A stretch of 64,000 bases of DNA from Macrostomum lignano. Its lineage: Eukaryota. Positions 11,631-25,027 of this stretch are shown here, piece by piece. The stretch's first letter is position 1. Each line of letters begins with the position of its first letter. The stretch is from the NCBI GenBank assembly GCA_002269645.1, contig NIVC01000413.1, positions 186,001 through 250,000 of the forward strand, in the 5' to 3' direction. Position numbers and translations under genes: made by a program. The notes below the pieces were generated by a model that was not told the DNA's origin, made no database searches, and saw only the letters and a list, made by a program, of their open reading frames with translations.

Positions 11631-12204
11631 TTTGGGGGATATATATACACTAGAAAACGTGGGTAGCACCGATGTGTGCAATAAAATAATTCGTTTGAAA
11701 ACGTCACGTCCAGAACTATTACTTATTAATGCAATTACTCGCATTGTACACTACAAAGATGTAGTCGATCACAGTTAATAATTCACTGTTTATTTACAAG
11801 ATATTTTTCACAGGAATAAGAGACAAAACACGATAAAGTATCAAGGTCAAATAAGCATATGAATACTATGCTATTACCGTATATGGCTGCAGAAACACCG
11901 TACAGTATTTTATTTTCAGTCGCTAGAATCGGTAATCAGCTGATTTATTTCTTTCATAGAAATTTTTCAAATGTAACGATAGAAGAAAATTTGTTAAAAT
12001 CAGATCTAAGAACAAATTATTGTACATAATACAGGCCTTTTTTTGTTAAATCAACTTTGCAAACTGGCTAATCAGTAGCTAATCAGTTCGACACAGACTG
12101 ATAGACTGTAAACAATGCAATATTCACTTGAAAGACGGCCGACAAAAGCGCGCGTGATACAATCGTCTGGGGTGGGAACAGCAAACATGGGGTGCGATGG
12201 GCAC

Positions 12205-12308
12205 GCACAGACAGACAGACAGACAGACAGTCACAGAGACAGACAGACATACAAACAGACATACAGACAGACAGACAGACAGACAGTAAGACAGGCAGAC
12301 ACTAAGAC

Positions 12309-12339
<31 letters not shown>

Positions 12340-12400
12340 GTTACAGAGACAGACAGACATACAGACATACAGACAGACAGACAGACATACAAACAGACAT

Positions 12401-12439
<39 letters not shown>

Positions 12440-12650
12440 GGCAGACAGACAGACAGGCAGACAGACAGACAGACAGGCAGGCAGACAGACAGACACACAG
12501 ACAGACAGACAGACAGAAGACAGATAGACAAGCAGACAGACAGACAGACAGACAGACAGACAGGCAGACAGACAGACAGGCAGGCAGGCAGACAGACAGA
12601 CAGACAGACAGACAGGCAGACAGACAGACAGACAGGCAGGCAGACAGACA
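12205..12650. repeat. (AGAC)n microsatellite, degenerate
   Basis: Tetranucleotide array. Confidence 0.95.
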
Positions 12651-12762
12651 GGTCAATAGATTTAGTAGACGGATCCAAATCCGGTCAAGTGTAAAACCAG
12701 GCTATAGCTAAGTTATTAACGCAACATATCGGTACCCAGTGCAAGCAATTATCAGGCAATAT

Positions 12763-13194
12763 CTAAACAGACTGAGGCGCCACCTCCTGATAGATGAACA
12801 CTAGCCGAGCCAGCAGGTCAGCAATCGCGACAGACAGAAGGCAAAAGAATGGTGCCAGCACAGCGTACAGACTCGCACCATCTGGCAGCAGGCCCTGAGC
12901 AAATAGACTCAAAGTTAACTCGCCAGCCAATTTGCATAGCAGAGTAATGAAACCGGGAGATCGGCAGAGCAGCAGTCGGAGCTGCGAGACTGGCCTGTCT
13001 GAGCAGCAGCACTGCCGCAGTGTCATAGTTATGGCGATAATTAAGCCGGCAAGATCAAAGGCGAATAGTGGTGTGAAAATCAAAGGCCAAGCCCAGTTGA
13101 TTCGAGTCTCCAGGCGAAGCACTAGGAAGATTAAAAATACCATGTGGAGCAGGTAGCTTAATAGCACCTGGCCCACTTCGCATTTCTGATCGGC
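12763..13194 (-). CDS. TMEM60: TMEM60-like small multi-pass membrane protein (TMEM60/TMEM203/TMEM185 family)
   Basis: QVLLSYLLHMVFLIFLVLRLE..NWAWPLIFTPLFAFD resembles TMEM60 (RVLLTWLFTLLFLIMLVLKLD..WNWFLIFIPVWIFD), with LLCKL and a second hydrophobic hairpin. Acceptor tttcag at 13200-13195. The nearest ATG (13183) is out of frame by 1 nt. Confidence 0.75.
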   Translation of the reverse strand, partial: ADQKCEVGQVLLSYLLHMVFLIFLVLRLETRINWAWPLIFTPLFAFDLAGLIIAITMTLRQCCCSDRPVSQLRLLLCRSPGFITLLCKLAGELTLSLFAQGLLPDGASLYAVLAPFFCLLSVAIADLLARLVFIYQEVAPQSV

Positions 13195-13289
13195 CTGAAA
13201 TTTATTATTATGAAATATAATTTTGTGTCATTTATCGATAACAATTAGTTAGTTACTACAGTGATGGGCTAAAATGGTCAATGATAAGA

Positions 13290-13722
13290 AGGGGGTGGCA
13301 GACCATAGATAACACAGTGAGATGGGGTGGCAGGCCATAGATAACACAGTGAGATGGGGTGGCAGGCCATAGATAACACAGTGAGATGGGGTGGCAGGCC
13401 ATAGATAACACAGTGAGATGGGGTGGCAGGCCATAGATAACACAAGGAGGTGGGGTGGCAGGCCATAGATAACACAAGGAGGGGGTGGCAGGCCATAGAT
13501 AACACAAGGAGGTGGGGTGGCAGGCCATAGATAACACAAGGAGGTGGGGTGGCAGGCCATAGATAACACAAGGAGGTGGGGTGGCAGGCCATAGATAACA
13601 CAAGGAGGTGGGGTGGCAGGCCATAGATAACACAAGGAGGGGGGTGGCAGGCCATAGATAACACAAGGAGGTGGGGTGGCCATAGATAACACAAGGAGGG
13701 GGTGGCAGGCCATAGATAACAC
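13290..13722. repeat. 33-bp minisatellite ggtggcaggccatagataacacaaggaggtggg
   Basis: About 13 copies. Confidence 0.95.
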
Positions 13723-14394
13723 AGAAAGGTGAGGTAGCAGACTATAGATAAGAATTAGCCATCAAATTCGAAATAAATAAATGAAGAAAAACTAAATTTC
13801 TAACTAAGAAGAAGCAGGAAAAATTGCTAACGGCATAAAATCCAATCCAGTTCTTATGGATCACTACCCCGAATCACACAAACTAATAAACGTTTTCACT
13901 CGTACTTATCGTCACGATTCTAAAAAGTCAAGTTTCAGCAATAATTGAGTGCTCATGACACGAGCTAATAAAGCCATACAAAAAGTTAAAAGAGTGAACA
14001 GGAAAGGCACATCAAGTAAGAAAGGTGCAGTGTAGATTAGCAGCTAAGACAAGGAGAAACGAGAAACGCAAGCAGACATCATGTATTCCGCATGACGCTA
14101 CGGAAAAACAGCACATTCTGAAACATTCATACAAAATAAATTAGGAATGAAGGATTATTAAAAGTTTAAAAGCCAGATAAACGACGGAACATGCTGTAAA
14201 GAGATTGAGTGTTTTGCTAAAATATAACGCATAAAAAGGCAGCTGTTGTACTAAAAAGTATGATGTGAAATTTAACGTTTAACGTTTAAAGTCTTAGTCC
14301 ATTTCGATTTAGGATCAAACCAGACCTCCACCCCAACTCGAATAGATGATGTACGCTTGGAAAAGCTTGATGCCTATCGGGCTAGTGCTTCTCA

Positions 14395-14690
14395 GTGGCA
14401 ATGTACATTAGGAGTGGGGTTGGTGCCTAACTGTGGCAATGTACATTAGGAGTGGGGTTGGTGCCTAACTGTGGCAATGTACAATGGGAGTGGGATTGAT
14501 GATACACTGGCAATTTATACATTTGGAGTGGGGTTGGTGCCCACAGCGGCAATGTACATTAGGAGTGGGGTTGGTGACAACAGCGGAAATGTACATTAGG
14601 AGTGGGGTTGGTGCCCACAGCGGAAATGTACATTACGAGCGGGGTTGGTGCCCACAGCGGAAATGTACATTAGGACTGGGGTTGGTGCCT
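14395..14690. repeat. About 38-bp minisatellite caatgtacattaggagtggggttggtgcc...
   Basis: About 7 degenerate copies. Confidence 0.85.
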
Positions 14691-15339
14691 ATCACGGAAT
14701 TGAGAACACACTATAAAGATGGGCCTTCTTCTTTCTGCTAATTTCGTTGGAAACCTGACGCTCTAAAAACATCATAATGTACTACTGACAAAAATCAGTA
14801 GTAATATATATATCAGAATGATAAAGTATAGACAGAAATTTTTGGAAACGTTTTATATCGACAAAAAATGAATTTGGTTTGCAAAAACAACTTTGAAGAA
14901 CAAACACGAAATCATCAGCTGATTTTAAAAATAAACTTACCACAGATTATGAGATCTTGTGAAAATTAATAAAATTTGTTTTAAATCGTAGTCGAAGCGT
15001 AAAATTAAGCGAGATTCTTTCACATGGTTAACACAGTTGCATTCTACGGTACAAAAGACCCAGGTAAAGACAAAAAAGCAAAATAATAATATACGAGTAT
15101 GCAGTTTACATGCAATGCTGCATTAGTCAAGCAGAAAAAGAAAAGGAAACTAAAAAGTCAACAAAAAGTCAAAATAAAGAAGCCGAAGTGATAAAAAATC
15201 AATTTTAAGAAGTCATGGCACGCAGGTTGAGACGCAGCCGCTTCTACATGTGATAGAAATATTCCAAGCAAATCAAAACTAGACATAAAATAGCTCAGTT
15301 TCAAAACGTATAGTCCTTATAATCAAGCTGTAGATTAGC

Positions 15340-15680
15340 AATCCATTCTAACCCATGTTGATATGGGATAACTTTGCAATATTTTATAGCCATAGATTAC
15401 CAATCCATATCTATAGTCAGAATGCTATAGATTAGCAATCCATATTTATATTCAGAATGCTATAGATTATCAATCCATCTATAGTTGGAATGCTATAGAT
15501 TAGCAATCCATATCTATAGTCTGATAGTCAGAATGCTATAGATTAGCAATCCATATCTATTCAGACTACTATAGATTAGCAATCCATCTATAGTCAGAAT
15601 GCTATAGATTAGCAATCCATATCTATTCAGACTACTATAGATTAGCAATCCATCTATAGTCAGAATGCTATAGATTAGTA
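15340..15680. repeat. About 33-bp minisatellite tatagattagcaatccatctatagtcagaatgc
   Basis: Repeated units with small indels. Confidence 0.85.
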
Positions 15681-15845
15681 ATCCTCAATCCTGAATGCAA
15701 AATTCAACTTTTAATACACTAGTAGTTTCAATTTTTCTAACACAAATTAAAAAAACTATAGATTCAGAAAAAGACCGTGTACAAGGCTAGACGACCTTTG
15801 ACATAAAGGCACAAAATTTGCTAAGACATTCCAGGCACTCAAAGG

Positions 15846-16112
15846 TCAGACAGATTTAACAGAGTCTGGAACCTGCCGCTGCTGTTTCTGCTGCTTGCGG
15901 CGTAGCCGTTTCAGCTTGCCAGCATCGATAGTGTCCCACCAGTGGATCCCGTCGTCAAACTGTTTATAAATAATCACAGCCGGGAATAGAAAGTTGAGTA
16001 ACGGGAAATGGCCAAACACGGACTCGAACCGGCGGCGCACCGGCTGGCGGCACACAATCTCTTGTTGCTGGGCGTCCTCGTGGGTTGTGGTGCCGCGGGA
16101 CACCGAGATTAG
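15846..16112 (-). CDS. ZDHHC: DHHC palmitoyltransferase, exon 3 (last)
   Basis: Acceptor catccag|CTA ATC TCG GTG TCC CGC GGC ACC ACA ACC CAC GAG encodes the family TTxE motif. Stop at 15846-15848; ATTAAA at 15715-15710. Confidence 0.8.
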   Translation of the reverse strand, partial: LISVSRGTTTHEDAQQQEIVCRQPVRRRFESVFGHFPLLNFLFPAVIIYKQFDDGIHWWDTIDAGKLKRLRRKQQKQQRQVPDSVKSV

Positions 16113-16249
16113 CTGGATGTTTTATGACGGGGATTGAGAGCTAATTATAGTTGCAGTTAGTTTGCACAGGGTGTACAGGCATGTCTTGGGTCTGTCGTGA
16201 ATCGTGCGGCAGATTTATGACTGACAAGATCATAACTGACATTTTAGAG

Positions 16250-17420
16250 ACGATTCTCATAGCGGAGATTGATGATTCTCATAGCGGAGATTGATGATTC
16301 TCATAGCGGAGATTGATGATTCTCATAGCGGAGATTGATAATTCTCATAGCGGAGATTGATGATTCTCATAGCGGAGATTGATGATTCTCATAGCGGAGA
16401 TTGATGATTCTCATAGCGGAGATTGATGATTCTCATAGCGGAGATTGATGATTCTCATAGCGGAGATTGATGATTCTCATAGCGGAGATTGATGATTCTC
16501 ATAGCGGAGATTGATAATTCTCATAGCGGAGATTGATGATTCTCATAGCGGAGATTGATGATTCTCATAGCGGAGATTGATAATTCTCATAGCGGAGATT
16601 GATGATTCTCATAGCGGAGATTGATGATTCTCATAGCGGAGATTGATAATTCTCATAGCGGAGATTGATGATTCTCATAGCGGAGATTGATTATTCTCAT
16701 AGCGGAGATTGATTATTCTCATAGCGGAGATTGATGATTCTCATAGCGGAGATTGATGATTCTCATAGCGGAGATTGATGATTCTCATAGCGGAGATTGA
16801 TGATTCTCATAGCGGAGATTGATGATTCTCATAGCGGAGATTGATGATTCTCATAGCGGAGATTGATAATTCTCATAGCGGAGATTGATGATTCTCATAG
16901 CGGAGATTGATTATTCTCATAGCGGAGATTGATGATTATCATAGCGGAGATTGATGATTCTCATAGCGGAGATTGATGATTCTCATAGCGGAGATTGATG
17001 ATTCTCATAGCTGAGATTGATGATTCTCATAGCGGAGATTGATGATTCTCATAGCTGAGATTGATGATTCTCATAGCGGAGATTGATGATTATCATAGCG
17101 GAGATTGATTATTCTCATAGCGGAGATTGATGATTCTCATAGCGAAGATTGATGATTCTCATAGCTGAGATTGATGACTCTCATAGAGAAGATTGATTAT
17201 TCTCATAGCGGAGATTGATGATTCTCATAGCGAAGATTGATGACTATCATAGCGAAGATTGATGACTCTCATAGCGGAGATTGATGATTATCATAGCGGA
17301 GATTGATGACTATCATAGCGGAGATTGATGACTATCATAGCGAAGATTGATGACTCTCATAGCGGAGATTGATGATTCTCATAGCTGAGATTGATGATTC
17401 TCATAGCGGAGATTAATGAC
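16250..17420. repeat. 22-bp minisatellite gattgatgattctcatagcgga filling ZDHHC intron 2
   Basis: About 53 copies. Confidence 0.97.
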
Positions 17421-17426
17421 TCTCAC

Positions 17427-17885
17427 CTGACCCATAAAAAAACACGGCGCACATCGGTCCAATCCACCAGAACAGATAGCAGTGATAGAGCATCAGCACC
17501 AAATGACCCTCTAAGTGGCCGAACAACCAACGATAAATAGCGTAAGGCAGGAACAGATCCCACCGACTATGGACTTTGTAGTGCTGCCACAGATAAACAG
17601 CGCTTCCGCCGCCGCCCCAGCCCAGCCCGATCATCAGGTAGAACACCATAACTATAAAGAATCTCTGATTATAGAATCCAACGCATCTGCCAGTCATATA
17701 GCAGTGATGATCGCGTTTTAATACGCAGGCCCGACACACGGGACAGTGATGCGTCCTTGGCGGCGCGTCGTGCTGGCAGACCAAACAGCGGCGCCATTGC
17801 AAACCGTTGTCCGATTCAGCCTCGTATGGCAGCATGAATTTGCGGCCGTCAAGGAGGCCCGTGTCATCTTTGATGGCCGGGCGGC
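17427..17885 (-). CDS. ZDHHC: DHHC palmitoyltransferase, exon 2 (DHHC-CRD; ZDHHC22/24-like)
   Basis: CLVC..PPRTHHCPVCRACVLKRDHHCYMTGRCVGFYNQRFF. Acceptor ctcag| at 17886 (phase 1), donor G|gtgaga at 17426. One surplus T in the run at 17436-17442 is needed to phase with exon 3. Confidence 0.9.
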
Positions 17886-17977
17886 CTGAGGATGCGTGGC
17901 ACTTGGGGATCAGTATGGGGGAATTTGTAAGAGGGCTGGGGATTACTAAAAAAATTTCTAAGGGAATTTCTAAGGGA

Positions 17978-19625
17978 ACTGGGGATCACTATAGAGGGTT
18001 TCTGGGGGGGACTGGGGATCACTAAAGGGGGTTACTGGGGGGGGGGGACTGGGGATCACTAAAGGGGGGTTACTGAGGGGGACTGGGGATCACTAAAGGG
18101 GGGTTACTGGGGAGGACTGGGGATCACTAAAGGGGGTTACTGGGGGGACTGGGGATCACTAAAGGGGGTTACTAGGGGGGGGGCCTGGGGATCACTAAAG
18201 GGGGGTTACTGGGGGGGACTGGGGATCACTAAAGGGGGGTTACTGGGGGGGCCTGGGGATCACTAAAGGGGGTTACTAGGGGGGGGGCCTGGGGATCACT
18301 AAAGGGGGTTACTGGGGGGGACTGGGGATCACTAAAGGGGGTTACTGGGGGGACTGGGGATCACTAAAGGGGGTTACTGGGGGGGGGGACTGGGGATCAC
18401 TAAAGGGGGTTACTGGGGGGACTGGGGATCACTAAAGGGGGTTACTGAGGGGACTGGGGATCACTAAAGGGGGGTTTCTGAGGGGACTGGGGATCACTAA
18501 AGGGAGATTTCTGAGGGGACTGGGGATCACTACAGGGGGGATTTCTGAGGGGACTGGGGATCACTAAGGGAGATTTCTGAGGGGACTGGGGATCACTACA
18601 GGGGGGATTTCTGAGGGGACTGGGGATCACTACAGGGGGATTTGAGGGGACTGGATCACTACAGGGGGATTTGAGGGGATTGGATCACTACAGGGGGATT
18701 TCTGAGGGGACTGGGGATCACTAAAGGGGGGTTTCTGAGGGGACTGGGGATCACTAAGGGAGATTTATGAGGGGACTGAGGATCACTACAGGGGGATTTG
18801 AGGGGACTGGATCACTACAGGGGGGATTTCTGAGGGGACTGGGGATCACTAAGGGAGATTTCTGAGGGGACTGGGGATCACTACAGGGGGGATTTCTGAG
18901 GGGACTGGGGATCACTACAGGGGGATTTGAGGGGACTGGATCACTACAGGGGGGATTTCTGAGGGGACTGAGGATCACTACAGGGGGGATTTCTGAGGGG
19001 ACTGGGGATCACTACAGGGGGATTTGAGGGGACTGGATCACTACAGGGGGGATTTCTGAGGGGACTGAGGATCACTACAGGGGGGATTTCTGAGGGGACT
19101 GGGGATCACTAAGGGAGATTTCTGAGGGGACTGGGGATCACTAAAGGGGGTTTCTGAGGGGACTGGGGATCACTAAAGGGGGGTTTCTGAGGGGACTGGG
19201 GATCACTAAAGGGGGTTTCTGAGGGGACTGGGGATCACTAAAGGGGGTTTCTGAGGGGACTGGGGATCACTAAAGGGGGGTTTCTGAGGGGACTGGGGAT
19301 CACTAAAGGGGGGTTTCTGAGGGGACTGGGGATCACTAAAGGGGGTTTCTGAGGGGACTGGGGATCACTAAAGGGGGGTTTCTGAGGGGACTGGGGATCA
19401 CTAAGGGAGATTTCTGAGGGGACTGGGGATCACTAAAGGGGGTTTCTGAGGGGACTGGGGATCACTAAAGGGGGTTTCTGAGGGGACTGGGGATCACTAA
19501 AGGGAGATTTCGGATGGGACTTGGGATCACTGCAGGGGGATTTGAGGGGACTGGATCACTACAGGGGGATTTCTGAGGGGACTGGGAATCACTAAGGGAG
19601 ATTTGAGGGGACTGGGGATCACTAA
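17978..19625. repeat. G-run-rich minisatellite (ggggactggggatcactaaaggggg...) filling ZDHHC intron 1
   Basis: About 30-33 bp units with variable G-runs. Confidence 0.95.
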
Positions 19626-19658
19626 GAGCTGAGTATCACAAGGATCCAAGAACCTCAC

Positions 19659-20211
19659 CTTTACCATTCTCTTCCTCGTCAGGCGAGTCGTCAGATTCCT
19701 CTTCTAATTTGCGCTTCAACGGTTCGGGAAACGGTTCGAATAGAGTCTTCCTTAAATTAGGCCTATCCAAAGTCACTTTATAGCTATTATCCGTTAGAGT
19801 AGTTAGCAACCAATTGGCTGTGGCATTAATATAAATATAACAGGCTGCCACTTTGATACAATATCGAATATCGTCAGACCAAGCGGCATAGAAGTCGTCA
19901 ACCGCATAGGCAAGAGTTGTGTACAAAATCGTGCTAGAAGCCGACCAATACAGGAATATCGAGGCGGCAAATGCGACTCGGATTTCTGCCTGACTATCGC
20001 CAACGCCCAGGCCTCGCTGTTTGACATCATTAACAAACGTTTCGAATGATAACCGAGCCGCGGCAGCAAAGTCTGGCTTCTTCTGCTGTTGCTGGCGTCT
20101 TCTTCTAGATTGCTGCTGTTGCTGCTTTTGCTCAGCAGAAGAATCCAAGCCCATCCATTCAACATCCAAGCCCATATCCAGGGCAACAGAACCAGGTGGT
20201 CGATGATGCAT
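19659..20211 (-). CDS. ZDHHC: DHHC palmitoyltransferase, exon 1 (N-terminus, first two TM segments)
   Basis: ATG at 20211 (alternative at 20175), two hydrophobic segments, and donor AAAG|gtgagg at 19658 in phase 1 matching exon 2. Confidence 0.8.
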
Positions 20212-21974
20212 AATTGCTGCCTACTTGCAACTTGTGTCTCAACTGATGGATTTCTTTCAGTTGGGCATTGTGACTGAGCATGAAAGCATTGTAGCTTATA
20301 TATAAAGCACCTGTCTCTACATGTGTACACTGGCAAGAGTGTTAGGTGCAATAAACCAAAGTCAAATCAAAACCTACAAGCTATGGACCCATGCATGCAC
20401 AACACCCAGCCAAGGTAAGTTGCAACAATGCCAAAGGGGGAAAACTTAGTGCTAAAGAAGATGACGAGGCATTTAGCCTTAATAATACAATCATAGTTCC
20501 TCCTACCATTTAATCAAAATTATGTTAGTTTTTGCTTAGGTTTCTTTCATAGGTAAGTCGCATTAGGATTAGGTTTAGGATTGTATTCTAACCTCTATAT
20601 AGTGTATCTTATAGGCCATAGTCCAGATCATGCTGGGTGCACGCCCAAACAAAAATTGAATAATTACAAATGCATGCCAAAAAATTTAGTGCACACCCAT
20701 TCTCAAAAATATGCCAGTGTTGCAACAATAAATGACCTTTTAAATTGCATAATAGACCCTTATTAGCAGATAATTTGGTTGATTTCTATGCTTTTTTGGT
20801 GATACTATTTATAGCAGAAAATCAATACATGCAAAGATTTATTTAAATGCTTTTTACAAGCTTGAAAAAACTGGAAAGCTTGAAATTTACATTTAAAAAT
20901 TAACTTTTTTTTATTTTTTTCTACTTCAGAATAACTCTTATGCGTGATTCTATAAAGTGCATACTAGGTGTACATGCATACTATTTTCTTAGGAAGTGAT
21001 GTGTGCTCATTGTGCATGCCTAATTTTGGCATGCAAGGCCAATGCATATATGCCCGAATTTTTGGGCATATATTACATGATACGGAGTGTGGCTTATAGG
21101 CTTATTAAATAGTCATTTGTCAAATTGAATATAGAAAATTAGAACATTTTCTTAAATTATCTCCTAGGCTAAAGCATCAAGTGATTTAGCATAGCTATAC
21201 AATTGTTTCCATTGTACTTTTATGTCTTTAAATAATTTTGTAGTTGAGAGCTTTTTCCTATTTTGGCTGCCTATGCTCCTTTTTTAGCCCTCCTTTTCCT
21301 TTGCATTCTCATTTACAATTTTTATATTTAAACTAATGGTATAGGCTCCTAAGCCTAGCAATAATAAGGGAAATGCATTGAGTTGAGACAAAAATGAATG
21401 TAGGTCTAATAAATGAGATAATATATGATAAAGGCCTAGCCTAAGCCTATATTTTTTTCATTTTGAATCTATTTTAATGATCTAGCTTAGACTTACCTAA
21501 ATCCTATATACTAAAAATGAGTTGTCTGTATATGGGTATGCGATTGATTTCAGAAAAATTGGCTCAACCGATTTTCTTCAAACTTGCACCATTCGATCAG
21601 AAATTTTCCTGGGACAGTACATGCATCTTGGCTAAGAAATTGCTCAATGTTAAAGGGATTAAATATTCAAAAAACATGCTTTTTTGCAAAGGTCAAGCCA
21701 AATTTTTGACTTGAAATGCATTGTAAGAATGCTAGAGAAAAAACTGACTGGCTGAATTCCGATTGTGATAAAGATTTCATCACAAAAAGTTGAAAACATT
21801 GTCAAAGAAATGCACACACGACTTGATAGAAATTGCGTAACCATATTGCTAACTTAAATTGGGACTGATACTGGCTGACTGAGAAATTGATTATGTCATA
21901 ACTTTTTAGTCCATTTGACTTGCTGTAAGTATCGAATTATAAGGGCCACAATTCATGTTCTCAAATTAAAAAGA

Positions 21975-22040
21975 GATAGCCTAGATGCGAGCAGACTGGA
22001 CTGCTAATGTAGTGACCTGGGTTAAAATCTTAGTAGAGCA
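21975..22040 (+). other. Degenerate tRNA/SINE-head-like sequence
   Basis: tagcctagatg...gacctgggttaaaatc resembles decayed A and B boxes. Confidence 0.25.
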
Positions 22041-22084
22041 AAATAATTTTTTTATTAAAACACCTTCAAAACACAAAATGTTAA

Positions 22085-24960
22085 ACATAAAAGAGCCACC
22101 ATGTCAAACATTAAAGGGCAACCATGTCAAACATAAAAGAGCCACCATGTAAAACATATACGTGACTGGATGTCAAACATTAAAGAGCCATGCCAAACCT
22201 TAAAGAGCCACTTTTTTGAATATTAAAGAGCCACTATGTCAAACATTAAAGAACCACCATGTAGAACATAAAAGAGCCACCATGTCTAATATAAAAGAGC
22301 CACCATGTCGAACATTAAAGTGCCATCGTGTCGAACATTAAAGAGCCATCATTTCGAACATAAAGGAGCCACCATGTCGAACATAAAAGAGCCACTATGT
22401 TGAACATTAAAGAGCCACAATGTCAAACATTAAAGAGCCACCATGTTAAACATTGAAGAGCCACCATGTAAAACATTAAAGAGCCACGATGTCAAATATT
22501 AAAGTGCCATTGTGTCAAACATTAAAGAGCCACCATGTCAAACGTTAAAGAGCCACTTTTTTGAATATTAAAGAGCCACCATGTCGAACATAAAAGAGCC
22601 ACCATGTCAAACATTGAAGAGCCACCATGTCAAACATTAAAGAGCCACCATGTCGAACATTAAGGAGCTACCATGTCAAACATTAAAGAACCACCATGTC
22701 AAACATTAAAGTGCCATCGTCTTGAGCATTAAAGAGCTACCATATTAAACATTAAAGTGCCATCGTGTCGAACATTAAAGAGCCACCATTTCGAACATAA
22801 AGGAGCCACCATGTCGAACATAAAAGAGCCACTATGTTGAACATTAAAGAGCCACCATGTCAAACATTAAAGAGCCACCATGTCAAACATTAAAGAGCCA
22901 CCATTTCAAACATTAAAGAGCCAGTTTGTTGAATATTAAAGAGCCACTATGTCAAACATTAAAGAGAGACCATGTCAAATATTAAAGTGCCATTGTGTCA
23001 AACATTAAAGAGCCACTATGTTGAACATTAAAGAGCCACCATGTCGAACATAAAAGAGCCACCATGTCAAACATTGAAGAGCTACCATGTCAAACAGTAA
23101 AGAGCCAGTTTGTTGAATATTAAAGAGCCACCATGTCAAACATTAAAGAGCCACCATGTCAAACATTGAAGAGCCACCATGTCAAACATTAAAGAGCCAG
23201 TTTGTTGAATATTAAAGAGCCACTATGTCAAACATTAAAGAGCCACCATGTCAAACATTGAAGAGCCACCATGTCAAACATTAAAGAGCCACTTTTTTGA
23301 ATATTAAAGAGCCACTATGTCAAACATTAAAGAGCCACCATGTCAAACATTTAAGAGCCACCATGTCGAACATAAAGAAGCCACCATGTCGAACATTAAA
23401 GAGCCACTGTGTTGAACATAAAAGAGCCACTTTGTTGAATATTAAAGAGCCACTATGTCAAACATTAAAGAACCACCATGTAGAACATAAAAAAGCCAAC
23501 ATGTCTAATATAAAAGAGCCACCATGTTGAACATAAAGGAGCCACCATGTCGAACATAAAAGAGCCACTATGTTGAACATTAAAGAGCCACCATGTTAAA
23601 CATTAAAGAGCCATCATTTTGAACATTAAAGAGCCACCATGTCAAACATTAAAGAGCCATTTTGTTGAATATTAAAGAGCCACTATGTCAAACATTAAAG
23701 AGCCACCATGTCAAACATTAAAGAGCCACCATGTCAAACATTAAAGAGCCACCATGTCAAACATTAAAGAGCCACCATGTCAAACATTAAAGAGCCACCA
23801 TGTTGAACATAAAGGAGCCACCATGTCGAACATAAAAGAGCCACCATGTCGAACGTAAAAGAGCCACCATATCAAACATAAAAGAGCCACCATGTCGAAC
23901 ATAAAGGAGCCACCATGTCGAACATAAAAGAGCCACCATGTCAAACATTAAAGAGCCACCATGTCAAACATTAAAGAGCCACCATGTCGAACATAAAGGA
24001 GCCACCATGTCGAACATAAAAGAGCTACCATGTCGAATATAAAAGAGCCAGCATGTCAAACATAGAAGAGACACTATGACAAACATATACGGTACTCCAT
24101 GTCAAACATTAAAGAGCCACCATGTCAAACATAACAGAGCCACCATGGCGAACATTAAAGAGCCACCATGTCAGACATTAAAGAGCCACCATGTCGAACA
24201 TTAAAGAGCCACCATGTCGAACATTAAAGAGCCACCATGTCAAACATTAAAGAGCCACCATTTCAAACATAAAAGAGCCACTATGTAAAACATATATGTG
24301 ACTCTACATCAAACATATACGTGACTTCATGTCGAACATTAAAGAGCCACCATGTGAAACATATATGTGACTCCATGTCGAACATTAAAGAGCCACAATG
24401 TGAAACATATATGTGACTCCATGTCAAACATTAAAGAGCCACCATGTCAAACATATAAGAGACTTTATTTCAAACATAAAAAAGCTACCATGTCAAACAT
24501 TAAAGAGCCACCATGTAAAACATAAAAACGACCATTTCGAACATTAAAGAGCCACCATGTCGAACATTAAAGAGCTACCATGTCAAACATTAAAGAGCCA
24601 CCATGTCAAACATTAAAGTGCCATCGTGTCGAACATTAAAGAGCCACCATGTCGAACATAAAGGAGCCACCATGTCGAACATAGAAGAGCCACTATGTTG
24701 AACATAGAAGAGCCACTATGTTGAACATTAAAGAGCCACCATTACAAACATTAAAGAGCCACCATGTCGAACATAAAGGAGCCACCATGTCGAACATAAA
24801 AGAACCACCATGTAGAACATAAAAGAGCCACCATGTCGAACATAAAAGAGCCACCATGTTGAAAATTAAAGAGCCAACCTGTAAAACATTTAAAAAATTC
24901 ACCATGTCAAACATATAAGTGACTTCATTTCAAACATAAAAGAGCCACCATGTCAAACGT
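22085..24960. repeat. 23-bp minisatellite aaagagccaccatgtcaaacatt, about 2.9 kb
   Basis: More than 100 diverged copies. Confidence 0.97.
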
Positions 24961-25027
24961 AAAAGTGAGCGAATTTTAAAGGAGCCACTATAATGCTAAG
25001 GAAACTGTCACACTAGCTACTTATTGT

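Noticed and set aside
11252-13722. PHST, GWW, TDRQ, CLSV and MACHP ORFs
   Set aside because: Stop-free frames of simple repeats; only 12763-13194 is a real gene.
16250-17420. CRISPR-like regular repeats here and at 55535-56352, 59230-59945 and 63282-63830
   Set aside because: Units are head-to-tail with no unique spacers, there are no cas genes, and the context is spliced eukaryotic genes.
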